Source: an uncultured Clostridia bacterium
GTDB taxonomy: Bacteria; Bacillota; Clostridia; TANB77; CAG-508
Direction: 5' to 3'
NCBI GenBank assembly: GCA_944390345.1
Contig: CALXPP010000003.1
Location: 16,346 to 80,345 of the forward strand
DNA: 64,000 nt
The position numbers were made by a program, and so were the translations under genes. Under the pieces are notes generated by a model that worked only from the letters and a program-made list of their open reading frames with translations, searched no databases and was not told where the DNA came from. Shown here in pieces: positions 40,150 through 50,662 of the stretch (positions are counted from its first letter, which is position 1; every line of letters begins with the position of its first letter).

Positions 40150-40740
40150 CTAGACCTTATTTAAGTATATAGTAGCATTCCAGTCAGATTCATCATACCC
40201 AAAATCATCTACTGTATCAATCTCTGCCTTTAAAAAAGCATCTTTCATCGAAACTTGCTTCCACTCAAAATTCTTTTCATCATTTACTGTGTATACACCA
40301 TTTGACTTTAAATACTTCCTAAAATTCATAGGATCTTTCGGCATAAGAATTATTGCATCTCTATCTCTTTGAATAACTGGTAATTCCCATGCGTTAAAAT
40401 CATCTTCTTGTATTGTTACATATTTTAAAGAATTATATTCTTTCTGAGATACATTTGCAACTTTTACTAGCTTAAGCGAAGTCTCTTCCAATTCATTTAC
40501 TATATACGGCATATACAGTTCTTCGTTTTGAGTATAAAGCATCGGATATTTTAAATGATAACTCTCTATACTAGTATCTGAATCTAGGGTTATTTTTTCA
40601 CCTATCACCTCTTTTTCATGATAAATAAAAATTGTGCGACTATCTTCTCCGATGCAGAGATAGTAACTAGGCTTTATTTCATATACACTTTTTGTTTTTT
40701 CTGAGAATGCTATAGCTACATTTTCTGTCTTTACTTCCAA
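40150..40740 (-). CDS. orphan hypothetical protein (196 aa from a TTG start)
   Basis: The frame stays open 31 codons upstream of the TTG without an ATG, GTG or TTG. It looks slightly G+C-richer than its neighbours by eye. It is followed by a long imperfect hairpin at 40103-40137. I recognise no family. Confidence 0.45.
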   Translation of the reverse strand: MEVKTENVAIAFSEKTKSVYEIKPSYYLCIGEDSRTIFIYHEKEVIGEKITLDSDTSIESYHLKYPMLYTQNEELYMPYIVNELEETSLKLVKVANVSQKEYNSLKYVTIQEDDFNAWELPVIQRDRDAIILMPKDPMNFRKYLKSNGVYTVNDEKNFEWKQVSMKDAFLKAEIDTVDDFGYDESDWNATIYLNKV

Positions 40741-40850
40741 AGATCTTTCTCCAGTCTTTTTTATCTCATACCTTATAAATCTATCTTCTATATCTTCAGC
40801 ATATATTATAATGCTATTTTCTAATTTATTTTATCTTGTTATTACAAAAA

Positions 40851-40870
40851 AAGCACCACAACTGGTGCTT
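40851..40870 (-). terminator. intrinsic terminator after rpsR
   Basis: Stem AAGCACCA / TGGTGCTT flanked by A and T runs. Confidence 0.8.
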
Positions 40871-40890
40871 TTTTTATTTATAATTATTTA

Positions 40891-41172
40891 TTAATCTTGA
40901 GAATAAGGAATAACAGCAATATGTCTTCCTCTTTTAACAGCTGTTGTGATAAATCTTTGATGTTTAGCACAAGCACCTGTTGCTCTTCTTGGTAATATTT
41001 TACCTTTTTCATTAATAAATTTCTTTAATTGTTCTGCGTTTTTATAATCTAATTCAAAGTTTTTATCATTACATAGGGCACATACTTTTTTTCTTGCTTT
41101 TCTAAACTTTGGATTGAAATCATCATCTTGGTTATTTCTACCATTTCTTTTTGCTTGCTTTTTGTCTGCCAT
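40891..41172 (-). CDS. rpsR: 30S ribosomal protein S18
   Basis: [28 protein letters not shown]. The ATG at 41172 is 8 nt after a GGAGG SD; the track start at 41187 overlaps that SD. Confidence 0.93.
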   Translation of the reverse strand: MADKKQAKRNGRNNQDDDFNPKFRKARKKVCALCNDKNFELDYKNAEQLKKFINEKGKILPRRATGACAKHQRFITTAVKRGRHIAVIPYSQD

Positions 41173-41207
41173 TTTACTTTCCTCCAATCTTTCAAACTTA
41201 TATTCTC

Positions 41208-41633
41208 CTAGAATGGTAAATCATCATCAGAAGCATTTACTTGAAATTCTGCACTTTGTGATAAACTCTCACCAAATGTGTTTTCAAATCCTACACTTCC
41301 TGCTTCACCATCTCTTTTACTATCTGCAAAATATGCTTCTTCAGCAACAACTTCTGTTACATAGTGTTTTTGTCCTTGGTCATCATCCCAAGTTCTTGTT
41401 TGCAATCTTCCAACAATAGCTACTTGTTGACCTTTTTTGAAGTACTTGCTACAAAACTCTCCTGTTTTGCTCCAAGCTACAATATTTATAAAATCAGCTT
41501 GTCTTTCTTCTCCTTGTCTTGCAAATCTTCTATTTACAGCTAAACTGAAAGATGCTACTAAAGTGTTGTTAGTTTGAGTATATCTTACTTCTGGATCTCT
41601 AGTTAAACGACCCATTAAAATTACTTTGTTCAT
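41208..41633 (-). CDS. ssb: single-stranded DNA-binding protein
   Basis: [19 protein letters not shown]..., an OB fold, and the acidic tail DDDLPF. Confidence 0.95.
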   Translation of the reverse strand: MNKVILMGRLTRDPEVRYTQTNNTLVASFSLAVNRRFARQGEERQADFINIVAWSKTGEFCSKYFKKGQQVAIVGRLQTRTWDDDQGQKHYVTEVVAEEAYFADSKRDGEAGSVGFENTFGESLSQSAEFQVNASDDDLPF

Positions 41634-41659
41634 TTACTCTATTCCTTTCATTTCACAGA

Positions 41660-41947
41660 TTATTCTTCATCTTTTCTTATAGTGATAAATTTCATTACTT
41701 CATCTGTAATTCTGTAAACTCTCTCTAATTCTGCAATTAGACTTGGATTAGCTTCAAAATTAATTGCTACATAATTTCCTTCTGTATTTTTTTTAATTTC
41801 ATAAGCTAATTTCTTTTTTCCTAATTCGTCTACTTTTTCTACTTTTCCATCACTATTAATTAAGTCTGAAAATTTTTGGATCAAATTTTTAACTCCTGCA
41901 TCTTCAACACTTGGATTAATAATGAATACTGTTTCGTATTTATTCAT
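41660..41947 (-). CDS. rpsF: 30S ribosomal protein S6
   Basis: MNKYETVFIINPS...LAYEI, in rpsF-ssb-rpsR synteny. Confidence 0.93.
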   Translation of the reverse strand: MNKYETVFIINPSVEDAGVKNLIQKFSDLINSDGKVEKVDELGKKKLAYEIKKNTEGNYVAINFEANPSLIAELERVYRITDEVMKFITIRKDEE

Positions 41948-42108
41948 TATCTTTCACCTCCTTTTGGCTATAAAACCCATAAACATGAGTAAGGCTTTTA
42001 AGCTTAAACTTAAAATGCTTATTTATTTTACCATAATTTATTTTAAATTTCAAGCATTTTTCCTATCTTTTCCAATTTTTCAAAAAAAATAAAAGCCAAA
42101 TATGACTT

Positions 42109-42594
42109 TTATTGATAATTTGCTAAATTTACATTTTGATATTCTGATAAATCCATTGTATATATCTTTGGAGTACCTTCTTCTACTTGAATACCATTTG
42201 AATAATATATAGTGTGTGATTGCTCATTTATATAAAATTTATCATCATCTTCTGAATTGTTTAGAGTAATTCCATCTAATTTTTTAAAAGATTCGCTATC
42301 TAGCTCGTAGTATACATTTCCATCATTAGGATTCCTATCCACTAACCATTCTATGTCTGATGAGTATTCTACTTTTTTAGAAACATCAATTGGCAAAAAT
42401 CCATTTTTCAAATAATATAAATCTATTTTTTCTTGCAAATTAATTATATCTGCATACATATTATTTAACTGTCTTATTTGAATACTTGACAAAGATGTAA
42501 AAGTAATTGTAGATAATATTAGCAAAAATAGTAATACTGTAATTGTTAATGCAACTATTGTAATACCACTTTGTTTTTTCATTAATTTAATCAT
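42109..42594 (-). CDS. prepilin-like N-terminal-helix protein (paralog of 15194..15667)
   Basis: N-terminus MIKLMKKQSGITIVALTITVLLFLLIL, with position +5 Ala rather than Glu. Confidence 0.45.
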   Translation of the reverse strand: MIKLMKKQSGITIVALTITVLLFLLILSTITFTSLSSIQIRQLNNMYADIINLQEKIDLYYLKNGFLPIDVSKKVEYSSDIEWLVDRNPNDGNVYYELDSESFKKLDGITLNNSEDDDKFYINEQSHTIYYSNGIQVEEGTPKIYTMDLSEYQNVNLANYQ

Positions 42595-42667
42595 ATTATT
42601 TTCCTCTCATGCTTTATATTTATAGTTTACTATTAATTCTTTTTTTTTGCAATATTATTTTTAATAT

Positions 42668-43285
42668 CTATATTTTTTCTAAAATATCATACATTCTAAT
42701 AATGGTTCTAGCTTTTCTATCTTCCACTTTTTTTAAATACCATAAGTAGATTATAATAAATAGAATTCCTAAGTTCTTTATTTCTAAAATCAATATACTA
42801 TAGATTAAAGTTATTAAGACTAAAGTAATTTTTCCTATTAATTCCATCTCTTTATAAGCTCTTTTATAACCGATTTTCTTCTTCAATAATTCTTTTAATA
42901 TTTTTCCTCCATCTAATGGTAATATGGGTAATAAATTAAATATACCAAGAGCAATATTTATATATATACTATATATTTTTAAGTTATTATCTATTTTACA
43001 AAAATAAATTGCTATTGCTAATATAAAATTTGACAAAGGTCCTGCTAAATATGTAATAATTTTTTTAATAGGCTTTGCTTCACTAAATGAATAAAAATTT
43101 AGTGCTAGTCCAAATGGCCTTATTTCTATACTTTGTGGCTTAAACTTAAATAGTATTCCTACAAAAGTATGAGCTAGTTCATGTATGGTTATAAAAATTA
43201 AAAATAAGCAATACATTTCCACTTGCCTTAGAATTAAATAAAAAATAAATAAAAAAATTATTTTTAAATCTATTTGTATTTTCAT
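42668..43285 (-). CDS. M50 site-2 protease family (SpoIVFB-like)
   Basis: HELAHTF (HExxH) lies in a TM segment, followed by NLLPILPLDGG. It sits downstream of an M23 gene, as in spoIVFA-spoIVFB. Confidence 0.75.
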   Translation of the reverse strand: MKIQIDLKIIFLFIFYLILRQVEMYCLFLIFITIHELAHTFVGILFKFKPQSIEIRPFGLALNFYSFSEAKPIKKIITYLAGPLSNFILAIAIYFCKIDNNLKIYSIYINIALGIFNLLPILPLDGGKILKELLKKKIGYKRAYKEMELIGKITLVLITLIYSILILEIKNLGILFIIIYLWYLKKVEDRKARTIIRMYDILEKI

Positions 43286-43296
43286 ATAATATCCTT

Positions 43297-44181
43297 TTAA
43301 AACTCAAATATTTCTTGTGGATTCACATATCTATTTTGGTATCTTATCTCAAAATGCAAATGTGGACCAGTACTATTTCCTGTACTTCCTACTTTTGCTA
43401 TTTTTTCTCCTTTTTCTACACTTTGTCCTTCTTTTACTAAAATCTCTGAGCAATGTGCATAAAGAGTTACTATATCCCCATCTTGTACTTTTAAGTGTTT
43501 TCCATAATCACCTTCTTCGGAAACTAAAATCACTGTACCTTTTATTGCAGATAAAATTTCCGTTCCACTGTTTGCAGCAATGTCTGTACCTGTATGAAAA
43601 CCACTTATCTTTTCATTACTAGATTCTCTTATTCCAAAACTTGATGTAACAACTCCTGAAATTGGTTTTTCTAGAGAATACTCTTCCTTTACTTTACTAC
43701 TATCACTTTTATTTTCTGAAAGAATTTCTGTTTTTGTTTCTGCTACTGCTCCACCTAAAGCTATTTCTTCTTGTGTATTTCCACTTTTTTCAGTACTTAC
43801 TACCTCATTTAAAGTATTACTTAAAATAGCCTCATTATTTTCTATTAAATTTTCACTCTTTACTTCATTTTCAAATACAGTTGCATCTTCTGGTATAGAT
43901 ATAATGGAATTAAAAAAGCTCTGAAAATTTTCCCTTATATTTAATTCATAAGAACTTATTTTTTCCAAAAAGCTTTCACTAAAAATTTCATTTTTATTTT
44001 GAAAGCAATAAATAATAATAGTAATATTTACTAAAATTAGTATTTCTAGCAATATTTTACTTCCTATATAGGTCTTTTTTTCCTTCTCTTTAATAGATAT
44101 TCTTTCCTCTGGATATTTTCTTCTAAAAGCAATTTGTTCTGCTCTTTTTAGTTTTTCGTTTTCTGTTAAAGCTCTTTCCAT
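43297..44181 (-). CDS. M23 (LytM) family metallopeptidase, membrane anchored (SpoIVFA/SpoIIQ-like context)
   Basis: HTGTDIAA ... LYAHCS ... GSTGNSTGPHLHFEIR, plus one TM segment. Confidence 0.8.
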   Translation of the reverse strand: MERALTENEKLKRAEQIAFRRKYPEERISIKEKEKKTYIGSKILLEILILVNITIIIYCFQNKNEIFSESFLEKISSYELNIRENFQSFFNSIISIPEDATVFENEVKSENLIENNEAILSNTLNEVVSTEKSGNTQEEIALGGAVAETKTEILSENKSDSSKVKEEYSLEKPISGVVTSSFGIRESSNEKISGFHTGTDIAANSGTEILSAIKGTVILVSEEGDYGKHLKVQDGDIVTLYAHCSEILVKEGQSVEKGEKIAKVGSTGNSTGPHLHFEIRYQNRYVNPQEIFEF

Positions 44182-44251
44182 ATTTGAAAATTCCTTTCTA
44201 AAATTATTTTATATTTCAAATATATTCAAAGCTTTAGTTTTTTATGTCCAT

Positions 44252-44554
44252 CTAAAAAGAAATTATTATACTTAAAATAGAAAATATAATAAGAAATATA
44301 TTCCAACCTTTTAGAATTTTGCATTTTCTTTCTAAGCTTTTCTCTAATATAGTTTTTTCATTTTTGTTTTGTAATTCTTCTATATAATTTGATACAATTT
44401 CTTCTGCTTCTTTTAATATAGTTTCTGCTTTAACCCTCTCTACTTTATTCTCTTCAATCTTTATATTTGGTTTTAATATAACAAAAGCCTCTTCTACAAC
44501 ATTTGAAGCCAAATTTTCTAATACAAGCATATTTTTCATCTTATTAATTTGCAT
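44252..44554 (-). CDS. small hypothetical protein with C-terminal TM helix
   Basis: 100-aa ORF with a charged coiled region followed by WNIFLIIFSILSIIISF. Confidence 0.45.
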   Translation of the reverse strand: MQINKMKNMLVLENLASNVVEEAFVILKPNIKIEENKVERVKAETILKEAEEIVSNYIEELQNKNEKTILEKSLERKCKILKGWNIFLIIFSILSIIISF

Positions 44555-44660
44555 TTGTTTACCTCTTTACTTTAATTTATTTGTTGTATATTTTTTCCAA
44601 TTTATATACATTTATTCACATATTATAAAGCTTTTGGCATATCTTAAAGTAGGTGATAAA

Positions 44661-44897
44661 ATGAACAGTTCAAAAGGATTAGATTTTAAGCATAAAGAAG
44701 TTATTAATATCAAAACCGGAGAAAAACTTGGTTTTGTTTTAGATGTCAATGCAGATTTAGAAACAGGAAAAATTACTTCTATTATTGTTCCCGGAAATAC
44801 AAAATTCTTTAATTTATTTTCTAGTGGAAATGAAATTACAATTCCTTGGTCTTCCATAAAATGTATAGGTTCTGAAATAATTTTAGTAGAAATTTAA
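44661..44897 (+). CDS. YlmC/YmxH-family (PRC-barrel) sporulation protein
   Basis: The ATG at 44661 follows an AGGTGA SD. KEVINIKTGEKLGFV.D...DLETGKITSIIVPG...IPWSSIKCIGSEIILV. Confidence 0.8.
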   Translation: MNSSKGLDFKHKEVINIKTGEKLGFVLDVNADLETGKITSIIVPGNTKFFNLFSSGNEITIPWSSIKCIGSEIILVEI

Positions 44898-44899
44898 AA

Positions 44900-44920
44900 A
44901 ACTCGATATATTATCGAGTT
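44900..44920. terminator. bidirectional hairpin between ylmC-like gene and sigG
   Basis: Stem AACTCGATA / TATCGAGTT with a 3-nt loop, flanked by A and T runs. Confidence 0.6.
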
Positions 44921-45694
44921 TTATTTATACAATCTTCTTATATGATCTATAGCACTTTTCTCTATTCTAGATACTTGAGCTTGTGAAATTCCAATCTCAT
45001 CTGCTACTTCCATTTGAGTTTTACCTAAAAAAAATCTTTTATTTATTATCATTCTCTCTTTTTCAGTTAATTTCTTCATTGCTTCTGCTATAGTAATATT
45101 TTCTGTCCATTGTTCATCAGTATTTTTCTTGTCTTTTACTTGGTCCATTATATATATACTATCTGAACCATCATTATATACAGGTTCTTGCAGAGATACT
45201 GGATCTTGTATTGCATCTAGACTCATAACAACCTCTTCTTTTTCCACTTGTAATTCCTTTGCTATTTCTTCTACTGTTGGCTCTTTTCCTTTTTCCTTTA
45301 AAAGCTTTTCTTTCGCCTGCAAAATTCTATAAGCTAAATCTCTAACTGATCTGCTTACACGAACCATATTATTATCTCTTAAATATCTTCTTATTTCACC
45401 AATTATCATAGGTACTGCATAAGTGCTTAACTGAATATCCAGAGAAACATCGAAATTATCAATTGCCTTTATTAGACCTACACAGCCTATTTGAAATAAA
45501 TCATCTGCATTTTCTCCTCTTCCGCCAAACCTTTGAATTACACTTAATACTAATCTTAGATTTCCATTTATTAATTCCTCTCTAGCAGACTTATCTCCTG
45601 CTTTTATTTTTAAAAATAATTCTTTATTTTCTTTATTTGTTAATACTTTTAGTTTGGAGGTATTTGTATTTGCAATCTCAACTCTACTTATCAA
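44921..45694 (-). CDS. sigG: sporulation sigma factor SigG (forespore, SigF/G class)
   Basis: GNLRLVLSVIQRFGGRGENADDLFQIGCVGLIKAIDNFD and YAVPMIIGEIRRYLRDN. Confidence 0.8.
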   Translation of the reverse strand: MISRVEIANTNTSKLKVLTNKENKELFLKIKAGDKSAREELINGNLRLVLSVIQRFGGRGENADDLFQIGCVGLIKAIDNFDVSLDIQLSTYAVPMIIGEIRRYLRDNNMVRVSRSVRDLAYRILQAKEKLLKEKGKEPTVEEIAKELQVEKEEVVMSLDAIQDPVSLQEPVYNDGSDSIYIMDQVKDKKNTDEQWTENITIAEAMKKLTEKERMIINKRFFLGKTQMEVADEIGISQAQVSRIEKSAIDHIRRLYK

Positions 45695-45773
45695 AAATAA
45701 GACCTCCTTCTAGAAATAATTTAATATAATTATTTCCAGAAAGAGGCCAATTTATACAAATTAGTACTCTCTT

Positions 45774-46934
45774 TTATTTGACTAAATTTTCCAATAAATT
45801 TTCTAATTTTTGTTTACTTTCTTCATTTAATGTTGTCCTTACTGTAACTATTGGTTCATATATAGTAATATCTTTCATTTTGCTTGCGAATTCTTTTATA
45901 CAATTTGCTACATTTGGAGCCCAAGAACCATTTTCTATAATTGCAAGTTTTCTATTTTGATAGTTTTTTCCTTGCAGTTGACTTAAAAATGATTGCATTG
46001 GTGGAAATAGTTGCATATTGTAAGTAGCAGATAGTAAAACTAATTTACTATATCTAAAAGCATCTGCAATAGCATAAGATAAATTTCCTCTAGATAAATC
46101 ATAAATTGCCACTTTTTCTCCTCTATCTATTAAATCTTTTGCTAGCTTCTCTGCTATCTTTTTAGTATTTCCGTGAATTGAAGTGTAAGCAATGGTTATG
46201 CCCTCTTCTTCTGGTTCATATCTGCTCCATACATCATATAGCTTTATATACTTTTCTAAATTTTCTTTTAATATTGGTCCATGTAAAGGACAAATCTTAC
46301 TTATATCTAAAGTAGCAGCTTTTTTTAGAAGTGCTTGAACTTGAATTCCATATTTTCCTACTATATTAAAATAATATCTACCAGCATCTTCATACCAATT
46401 TTCTTCATTTTCTAAAATACCAAAAGTTCCAAAAGCATCAGCAGAAAATAATATTTTTTCTTTTTCTTCATACTCTACCATTACTTCTGGCCAATGTACC
46501 ATTGGTGCCATTATAAATTTAAAAGTATGTTCTCCTATACTTAATTCTTCTCCTTCTTCTACCAAAACCTTTTTATTTTCTATATTTGATTTTATAAACT
46601 GTGGCATAAAAGCAAATGTCTTTGCATTTCCTACAATTTTCATTTCTGGATATTTAGAAATTAATGCATCTATGCTTCCACTATGATCTGGTTCTAAGTG
46701 AGAGACTACTAAATAATCTAGAGTTTCTCCTTCTAATACTTTTTCTACATTTTCTAGCCATTCTTCTGTTTTTCTACTATCTACTGTATCAACAATTAAA
46801 TTCTTTTTATCTTTTATTATATATGAATTATAAGTAATTCCTTTTGGAACTATATATTGACTTTCAAACAAGTCAATAGTTTTGTCTTCTACTCCTACAT
46901 AATAAATATTTTTTGCTATTTCTTCTATTTTCAT
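45774..46934 (-). CDS. FprA-type flavodiiron protein (metallo-beta-lactamase + flavodoxin domains)
   Basis: HLEPDHSG and a C-terminal flavodoxin-like segment ITIAYTSIHGNTKKIAEKLA. Confidence 0.8.
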   Translation of the reverse strand: MKIEEIAKNIYYVGVEDKTIDLFESQYIVPKGITYNSYIIKDKKNLIVDTVDSRKTEEWLENVEKVLEGETLDYLVVSHLEPDHSGSIDALISKYPEMKIVGNAKTFAFMPQFIKSNIENKKVLVEEGEELSIGEHTFKFIMAPMVHWPEVMVEYEEKEKILFSADAFGTFGILENEENWYEDAGRYYFNIVGKYGIQVQALLKKAATLDISKICPLHGPILKENLEKYIKLYDVWSRYEPEEEGITIAYTSIHGNTKKIAEKLAKDLIDRGEKVAIYDLSRGNLSYAIADAFRYSKLVLLSATYNMQLFPPMQSFLSQLQGKNYQNRKLAIIENGSWAPNVANCIKEFASKMKDITIYEPIVTVRTTLNEESKQKLENLLENLVK

Positions 46935-46973
46935 AATTTTAGCTAAATTTTAGCACTTTCTCCTTTCTTAAAA

Positions 46974-48917
46974 TTAATCTAAAAATTCTTGTTTTAATCT
47001 TAAGTATCCTAATTCTTCCCAAATATTGTAAGCTAAGTTTAATCTAAATAATAAAGTTGGTTTAGCACCAGCTCTGTTTTTATCTACTACACAAGCATAG
47101 TATCTAACATCTGGGTTTTTTGAAGGCACAATGTCTTTATATTCTTCTGCTAGTTCCTCCTCTGAATACTCATATTTATTATAAGTATGTGGATTTATTT
47201 GTTTTATTAAACATAAAGTATCTAATACTTCTTTTACTGTTTTACTAGCAGACATATCATTAATAGTTAAATTTACAGGCAAAGTACTACTTTCTAGAAG
47301 TTGCAGAGAAGATCCTATAAATACATGATATTTCTGTGCAATATTTGAAAGTATTGTTGCTGTCTTCTTTAATTCCTCACCATTACCAATATTATCTGTA
47401 TCTGTTTTTAAAGTATCATAAAAAATGTACTCTATATCATATTTATAAAAATAATTTAAAATTATTTTTCTTAAATCATCATTAGAGTGTTCTGTAATAT
47501 GAATAAAGTGAATAGATTCATCTTCTTGCTTTTTTAGCCACTCTGTTACTTGAATTGTTTGCTTAAACTCTGTTGATACTTTTGAAATTCTCTTTGCAAA
47601 ATCACTATTACTCTCATTCTCTCTTTTTAAAATAAAACCATCTTCATCTAACTCTATATCTTTAGCGTCTTTATCTGGTCTAAATTTAAGCTCTAGCAAT
47701 TCTCCTTCTGTTTTACACAATTTTTGTTTATGAAGTTTTTGAATATATGGACTGTTTACTATTGTAGTAATTAAACATAGTCTCATTTTATCTTCAGACA
47801 TTTCGTTTGAAATAATTAAAACTTTTTTCTTTTCTACCAAAGCTAAATAAGCAGCAATATCAACTGTAAATCTACTTTTACCAGAGTTAGAAGGCATTGC
47901 ATACGCCATAGTTTCTCCTTTTCTTAGTCCTTTAAAAACACTTGATAAGATTGGAAAAGGCAATGGTACACCATTTACTAAATTATTGTCTCCACTTATT
48001 AAAAATTCTGTTGCTCCATCATTTAAAATTGCTTGACTTAATCTATTAGTTACACCTATTTGCTCTATTGCACTCTCTACTTCTTCTATCGTCATTTCAC
48101 TATATCTTTCATATTTTGCAATTTCTACAATTTTATTCTGTATATTTACAGTAGGTGCACTTTTATAAAATTTCTTTAATATAAATAGTTTTTTTAATTT
48201 AGTATATGTTTCCTCTAAATTGTAGTTTCTATCTTGTACAGCATTTTTTAGTTGCATCTTAAAATCATAAGTTCCTGTATTTTCTTTTGGAAATTTAAAC
48301 TTATCTTTAGCTACTGCTGGTGCATAAGTTTCTCCATCTTGAAACAATATAATTTTATAAATATTTGCAAGTTCTTCATCAGAAAATAAACATTCATCAT
48401 AAACAAAATAATACATAGAAATAGCTTTTGGATTATTTAGTAATAAGCCTATATATATACATTCTAGCTTTAAATCTGTTATTTCTTCTGGAAATTCTCC
48501 TGAATCTACTAAAGTTGCTTTATCCTCTTCTTCCTCTTCTTCGTCTTCTTCCTCTTCTACTTCCTCATCATCCTCTTCTTCTATTTCCTCTTCTTTTTCT
48601 TCTTGTTTATCCTTTTTTTCTACTTCTTCATGAGTTTCCTCTTCTTCATCATACTCTTCATAAGGCTCTTCCTCATATTCTTCTTGTGGAGTTGTATTAG
48701 AAAATTGACCATCTATATCCCCATATTTTTGGTATACTTCTATTTCTGTAAGACCTTCTTCTTGCATTATTTTTTCTAGTTTTTTACTCTTTTTAATAAT
48801 CTTTCTTTCTTTTTTTGGGGTTAAATCTATATTATCATCTGTAATAAAATCTGCTTCTTCTGGGATAAATTCCTCTATTTCTTCACTACTTTTATTATTT
48901 TTATTAAGCTCTTCCAA
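46974..48917 (-). CDS. DnaB-C-terminal-like (RecA-fold) ATPase with a long acidic N-terminal region
   Basis: 647 aa with an E/D-rich tract, a Walker-A-like MPSNSGKSRFT and a Walker-B-like YIFYDTL. There is no recognisable DnaB N-domain. Confidence 0.5.
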   Translation of the reverse strand: MEELNKNNKSSEEIEEFIPEEADFITDDNIDLTPKKERKIIKKSKKLEKIMQEEGLTEIEVYQKYGDIDGQFSNTTPQEEYEEEPYEEYDEEEETHEEVEKKDKQEEKEEEIEEEDDEEVEEEEDEEEEEEDKATLVDSGEFPEEITDLKLECIYIGLLLNNPKAISMYYFVYDECLFSDEELANIYKIILFQDGETYAPAVAKDKFKFPKENTGTYDFKMQLKNAVQDRNYNLEETYTKLKKLFILKKFYKSAPTVNIQNKIVEIAKYERYSEMTIEEVESAIEQIGVTNRLSQAILNDGATEFLISGDNNLVNGVPLPFPILSSVFKGLRKGETMAYAMPSNSGKSRFTVDIAAYLALVEKKKVLIISNEMSEDKMRLCLITTIVNSPYIQKLHKQKLCKTEGELLELKFRPDKDAKDIELDEDGFILKRENESNSDFAKRISKVSTEFKQTIQVTEWLKKQEDESIHFIHITEHSNDDLRKIILNYFYKYDIEYIFYDTLKTDTDNIGNGEELKKTATILSNIAQKYHVFIGSSLQLLESSTLPVNLTINDMSASKTVKEVLDTLCLIKQINPHTYNKYEYSEEELAEEYKDIVPSKNPDVRYYACVVDKNRAGAKPTLLFRLNLAYNIWEELGYLRLKQEFLD

Positions 48918-49038
48918 AACCTATTTCCTCCTATGTATACTTTTTATTTATCATATTAATTTTAAGCTTTTTTGTCAATACTTATACTCTTAAATTACAT
49001 AAAAAATACTATTACATAATGTAATAGTATTTTTTATT

Positions 49039-49776
49039 TTATCCAGTTCTACTTATTATCTCCTTTTTCATTTTTTTCATTATTTTCTTTTCGAGTCTTG
49101 AAATATAACTTTGAGAAATTCCAAGCATATCTGCAACTTCCTTTTGAGTTTTTTCTTTTTCTTCACCATCTATTCCAAATCTTAATTTCATAATATTCAT
49201 TTCTCTTGGATTTAATTTACTAATTGCAATTTTAAGCAGTTTTTTATCTACCTCTTCTTCAATTCCTTTAGAAGTAACATCTCCTTCTGTACCTAATATA
49301 TCAGAAAGTAGTAATTCGTTTCCATCTCCATCTTTATTTAAAGGCTCATCAATAGATATTTCTGTTTTAATTTTTGTAGTTCTTCTAAGTTGCATTAAAA
49401 TTTCATTTTCTATACACCTTGAAGCATAAGTTGCAAGCTTTATATTTTTATCTGTATTAAAAGTATTTATAGCCTTCATAAGACCTATTGTACCTATGGA
49501 TATTAAATCTTCTAAATCTAAACCTGTGTTTTCAAATTTCTTTGCTATATATACTACTAATCTTAAATTTCTTTCCACTAAAATTTGTTTTGCTGCCTCA
49601 TCATTTTCTTTTAATTTTTCTAATAGCTTTTCTTCTTCCATAATATTAAGTGGTGGTGGCAAAGTTTGACTTCCATTTATATAAAATATCGGAAACTTTT
49701 GAGTTTCATCTCTTTTCGAATATTTTCTAAAGATTTTAAAAACTACACTTTTAAGCATTTTTAACAAGTTTTTCAT
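49039..49776 (-). CDS. sigE: sporulation sigma factor SigE (pro-sigma-E)
   Basis: [31 protein letters not shown] and [16 protein letters not shown]. It lies immediately after spoIIGA. Confidence 0.9.
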   Translation of the reverse strand: MKNLLKMLKSVVFKIFRKYSKRDETQKFPIFYINGSQTLPPPLNIMEEEKLLEKLKENDEAAKQILVERNLRLVVYIAKKFENTGLDLEDLISIGTIGLMKAINTFNTDKNIKLATYASRCIENEILMQLRRTTKIKTEISIDEPLNKDGDGNELLLSDILGTEGDVTSKGIEEEVDKKLLKIAISKLNPREMNIMKLRFGIDGEEKEKTQKEVADMLGISQSYISRLEKKIMKKMKKEIISRTG

Positions 49777-50662
49777 TTTGAATTCCCTCCTTTAAAATAT
49801 TAAGTCCTATTAGGCTTGTATATAAATTTGTTTTTGATAGTCTTCCTGGATAAATTCCAATAATTACATTCTTTATTATTTTTTCTGTTTCATCATATAT
49901 TTTAATATATTCAGGTTTAAATCCTATTATGAGTCCGTTCTCATTTCCAAGAGAAGAGAATGGAATTAATTTAAATTTATAATTATGAATTCTACTATCT
50001 TCTAACCATTTTCCATTCAATATATCTTCTATATGATCTAAAATTTCGTCTTCTAGTAAACCTTTTAAGCTTGCTTTTTCTACAATTATTACATCTGTTT
50101 GAGTTATTGGATCTTTTAATAGATTTCCTGTATCAATCATTGTTTTTAGTTTTATTTTTCTTTCTTTATAAAAAATTTCCATATCGCATAACATTGACTT
50201 TATTTTTCTTCTATCTCTAATAATGTTTGAGACCATTGCTATTATTGAAAATCCGACTATTCCACCTAAGATTGCTATTTTTATCGGATATGTACCTATT
50301 AGATGACCATTTCTAAAAATTATATCTTCGGGTTTTAAGAAGAATAGTAGCATAAAAGCAGCCCCACCAAAAGTAAAAGATACTAGATAAAATATAATCA
50401 ATTGTTTTACAAGTAGCTTTAGGTCCTTTACTCCAAAAGTAATTATAATCATTAATATCGAAACAGCAATTTTAAATATAAGATTTTGAATTATAGAAAA
50501 TGTTTTTATATAGTTTAAGATTGCATAAATACCTCCTAAAGTACTTGCTAATATATTTCTAAAATATCTAATTTCATATTTGCCTATAAGAGCTGTTGCT
50601 ATTAAAATAATATAATTCATAGCCAAATTTTCTAAAATAACTACATCTATATAAATTGTCAT
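49751..50662 (-). CDS. spoIIGA: sigma-E processing aspartic peptidase SpoIIGA
   Basis: 303 aa with 5 N-terminal TM segments and [19 protein letters not shown]. Confidence 0.88.
   Translation of the reverse strand: MTIYIDVVILENLAMNYIILIATALIGKYEIRYFRNILASTLGGIYAILNYIKTFSIIQNLIFKIAVSILMIIITFGVKDLKLLVKQLIIFYLVSFTFGGAAFMLLFFLKPEDIIFRNGHLIGTYPIKIAILGGIVGFSIIAMVSNIIRDRRKIKSMLCDMEIFYKERKIKLKTMIDTGNLLKDPITQTDVIIVEKASLKGLLEDEILDHIEDILNGKWLEDSRIHNYKFKLIPFSSLGNENGLIIGFKPEYIKIYDETEKIIKNVIIGIYPGRLSKTNLYTSLIGLNILKEGIQNEKLVKNA

Noticed and set aside
44612-44857. An 81-aa minus-strand ORF lies opposite the ylmC-like gene.
   Set aside because: The plus-strand ORF matches the YlmC/YmxH PRC-barrel family and has an SD. 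The minus-strand ORF has neither.
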